From: Paraphysomonas bandaiensis
Lineage: Eukaryota; Protista; Chrysophyceae
Length of the DNA: 64,000 nt
Direction of reading: 5' to 3'
Assembly: GCA_965644295.1 (NCBI GenBank)
Contig: CBFFRP010000371.1
Location: forward strand, 186,001-250,000
The translations under genes and the position numbers were made by a program. Below the pieces are notes generated by a model, which was not told the origin of the DNA, ran no database searches, and worked only from the letters and a program-made list of their open reading frames with translations. Below are positions 63,270 to 64,000 of the stretch, in pieces (the first letter of the stretch is position 1; every line of letters starts with the position of its first letter).

Positions 63270-64000
63270 ATCATCGCCCTTGTAGATGACCTGAGGAAGT
63301 TTGAAAGCGTCTAAAATTGCTTCAAACTGGAGGATCAAGTCAAGTAAACCTTCATGAATGCCGGAACAGTTTTGATGGCTTATTGAGGGACTTTGGGCCA
63401 AAGTATCCACTATCTGCTTTACAGAAAAACAGTTCCATTGTTAATGATTCGAATTTCGAGAATGGAATTGGTAAACTCCAAGCAGGCGAAGAATTGGACT
63501 TGACAAGATCTGAGAAAGATGCTGTTAGAATATATCTCCGTTCAGACAGTGATTATTGCAACAATACAGAGGATAATGAAGCTGAAGTTGGCTATGCGGA
63601 AAAAATTCTTCAATCAGCTCAAAAACTTAAGAAACGGAAAGTTTAAATATCTAAGTACAGGTGCACGAGTCATGTAATATGTACTTCCAATACATGTGAA
63701 CACCTGTTCAGCGCAGCAAAACTGATTATATCAGTGTTGCGCAAACGTATGCATCCTACTACACTTAATATACTGTTGTTTATGAAAGCTAACCGACAGT
63801 TGTGGCCGGATGCAAGCATATTTCAATCAATATTGAATGAATATGGTGATGATGATGTCACCGATGATGGCTCAGAGGATGAGTATGAGGAAACTTTTAA
63901 TTAGTTAAGAGTAGTGGGTTTGATTACCAATTGATCTTAGACCTTGTAATGACAAGTACTAAAAATGGAAACTACGGATGTGTTTACTTACTGATTAGTC
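63270..64000 (+). mobile_element. hAT-like transposase C-terminal pseudogene
   Basis: IVNDSNFENGIGKLQ...CTSNTCEHLFSAAKLIISVLRKRMHPTTLNILLFMKANRQLW (hAT dimerisation-like), with an internal stop. Confidence 0.8.

Overview
AT-rich eukaryotic DNA with short GT-AG introns and TTAGGG telomere-type repeats. Gene and TE families suggest a stramenopile, possibly a chrysophyte-like protist (inference). About 20 genes or gene remnants lie among many mobile elements. The first 26 kb is an unstable locus of kinase-less LRR-ectodomain/multi-TM receptor genes (4 copies or remnants, all damaged). Main observations: (1) A dispersed retroposon family has at least 7 copies of its 5' end; one full 1.2-kb copy has a perfect 14-bp TSD. 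Its first ~87 nt fold as an HDV-like double-pseudoknot ribozyme resembling the trypanosome L1Tc/ingi Pr77 signature, with structure-preserving substitutions between copies. (2) One LRR receptor gene has its promoter and N-terminal half inverted between two 1312-bp inverted copies of a Ginger-like transposon end, broken at the centre of a 44-bp palindrome. (3) A second LRR gene carries one repeat per 84-nt exon. (4) Unusual proteins include an Orai-like 4TM+PH fusion, a SAM-like/VWA/E2 fusion and a frameshifted NTPase+nuclease gene. All calls are by eye; no database searches were run.
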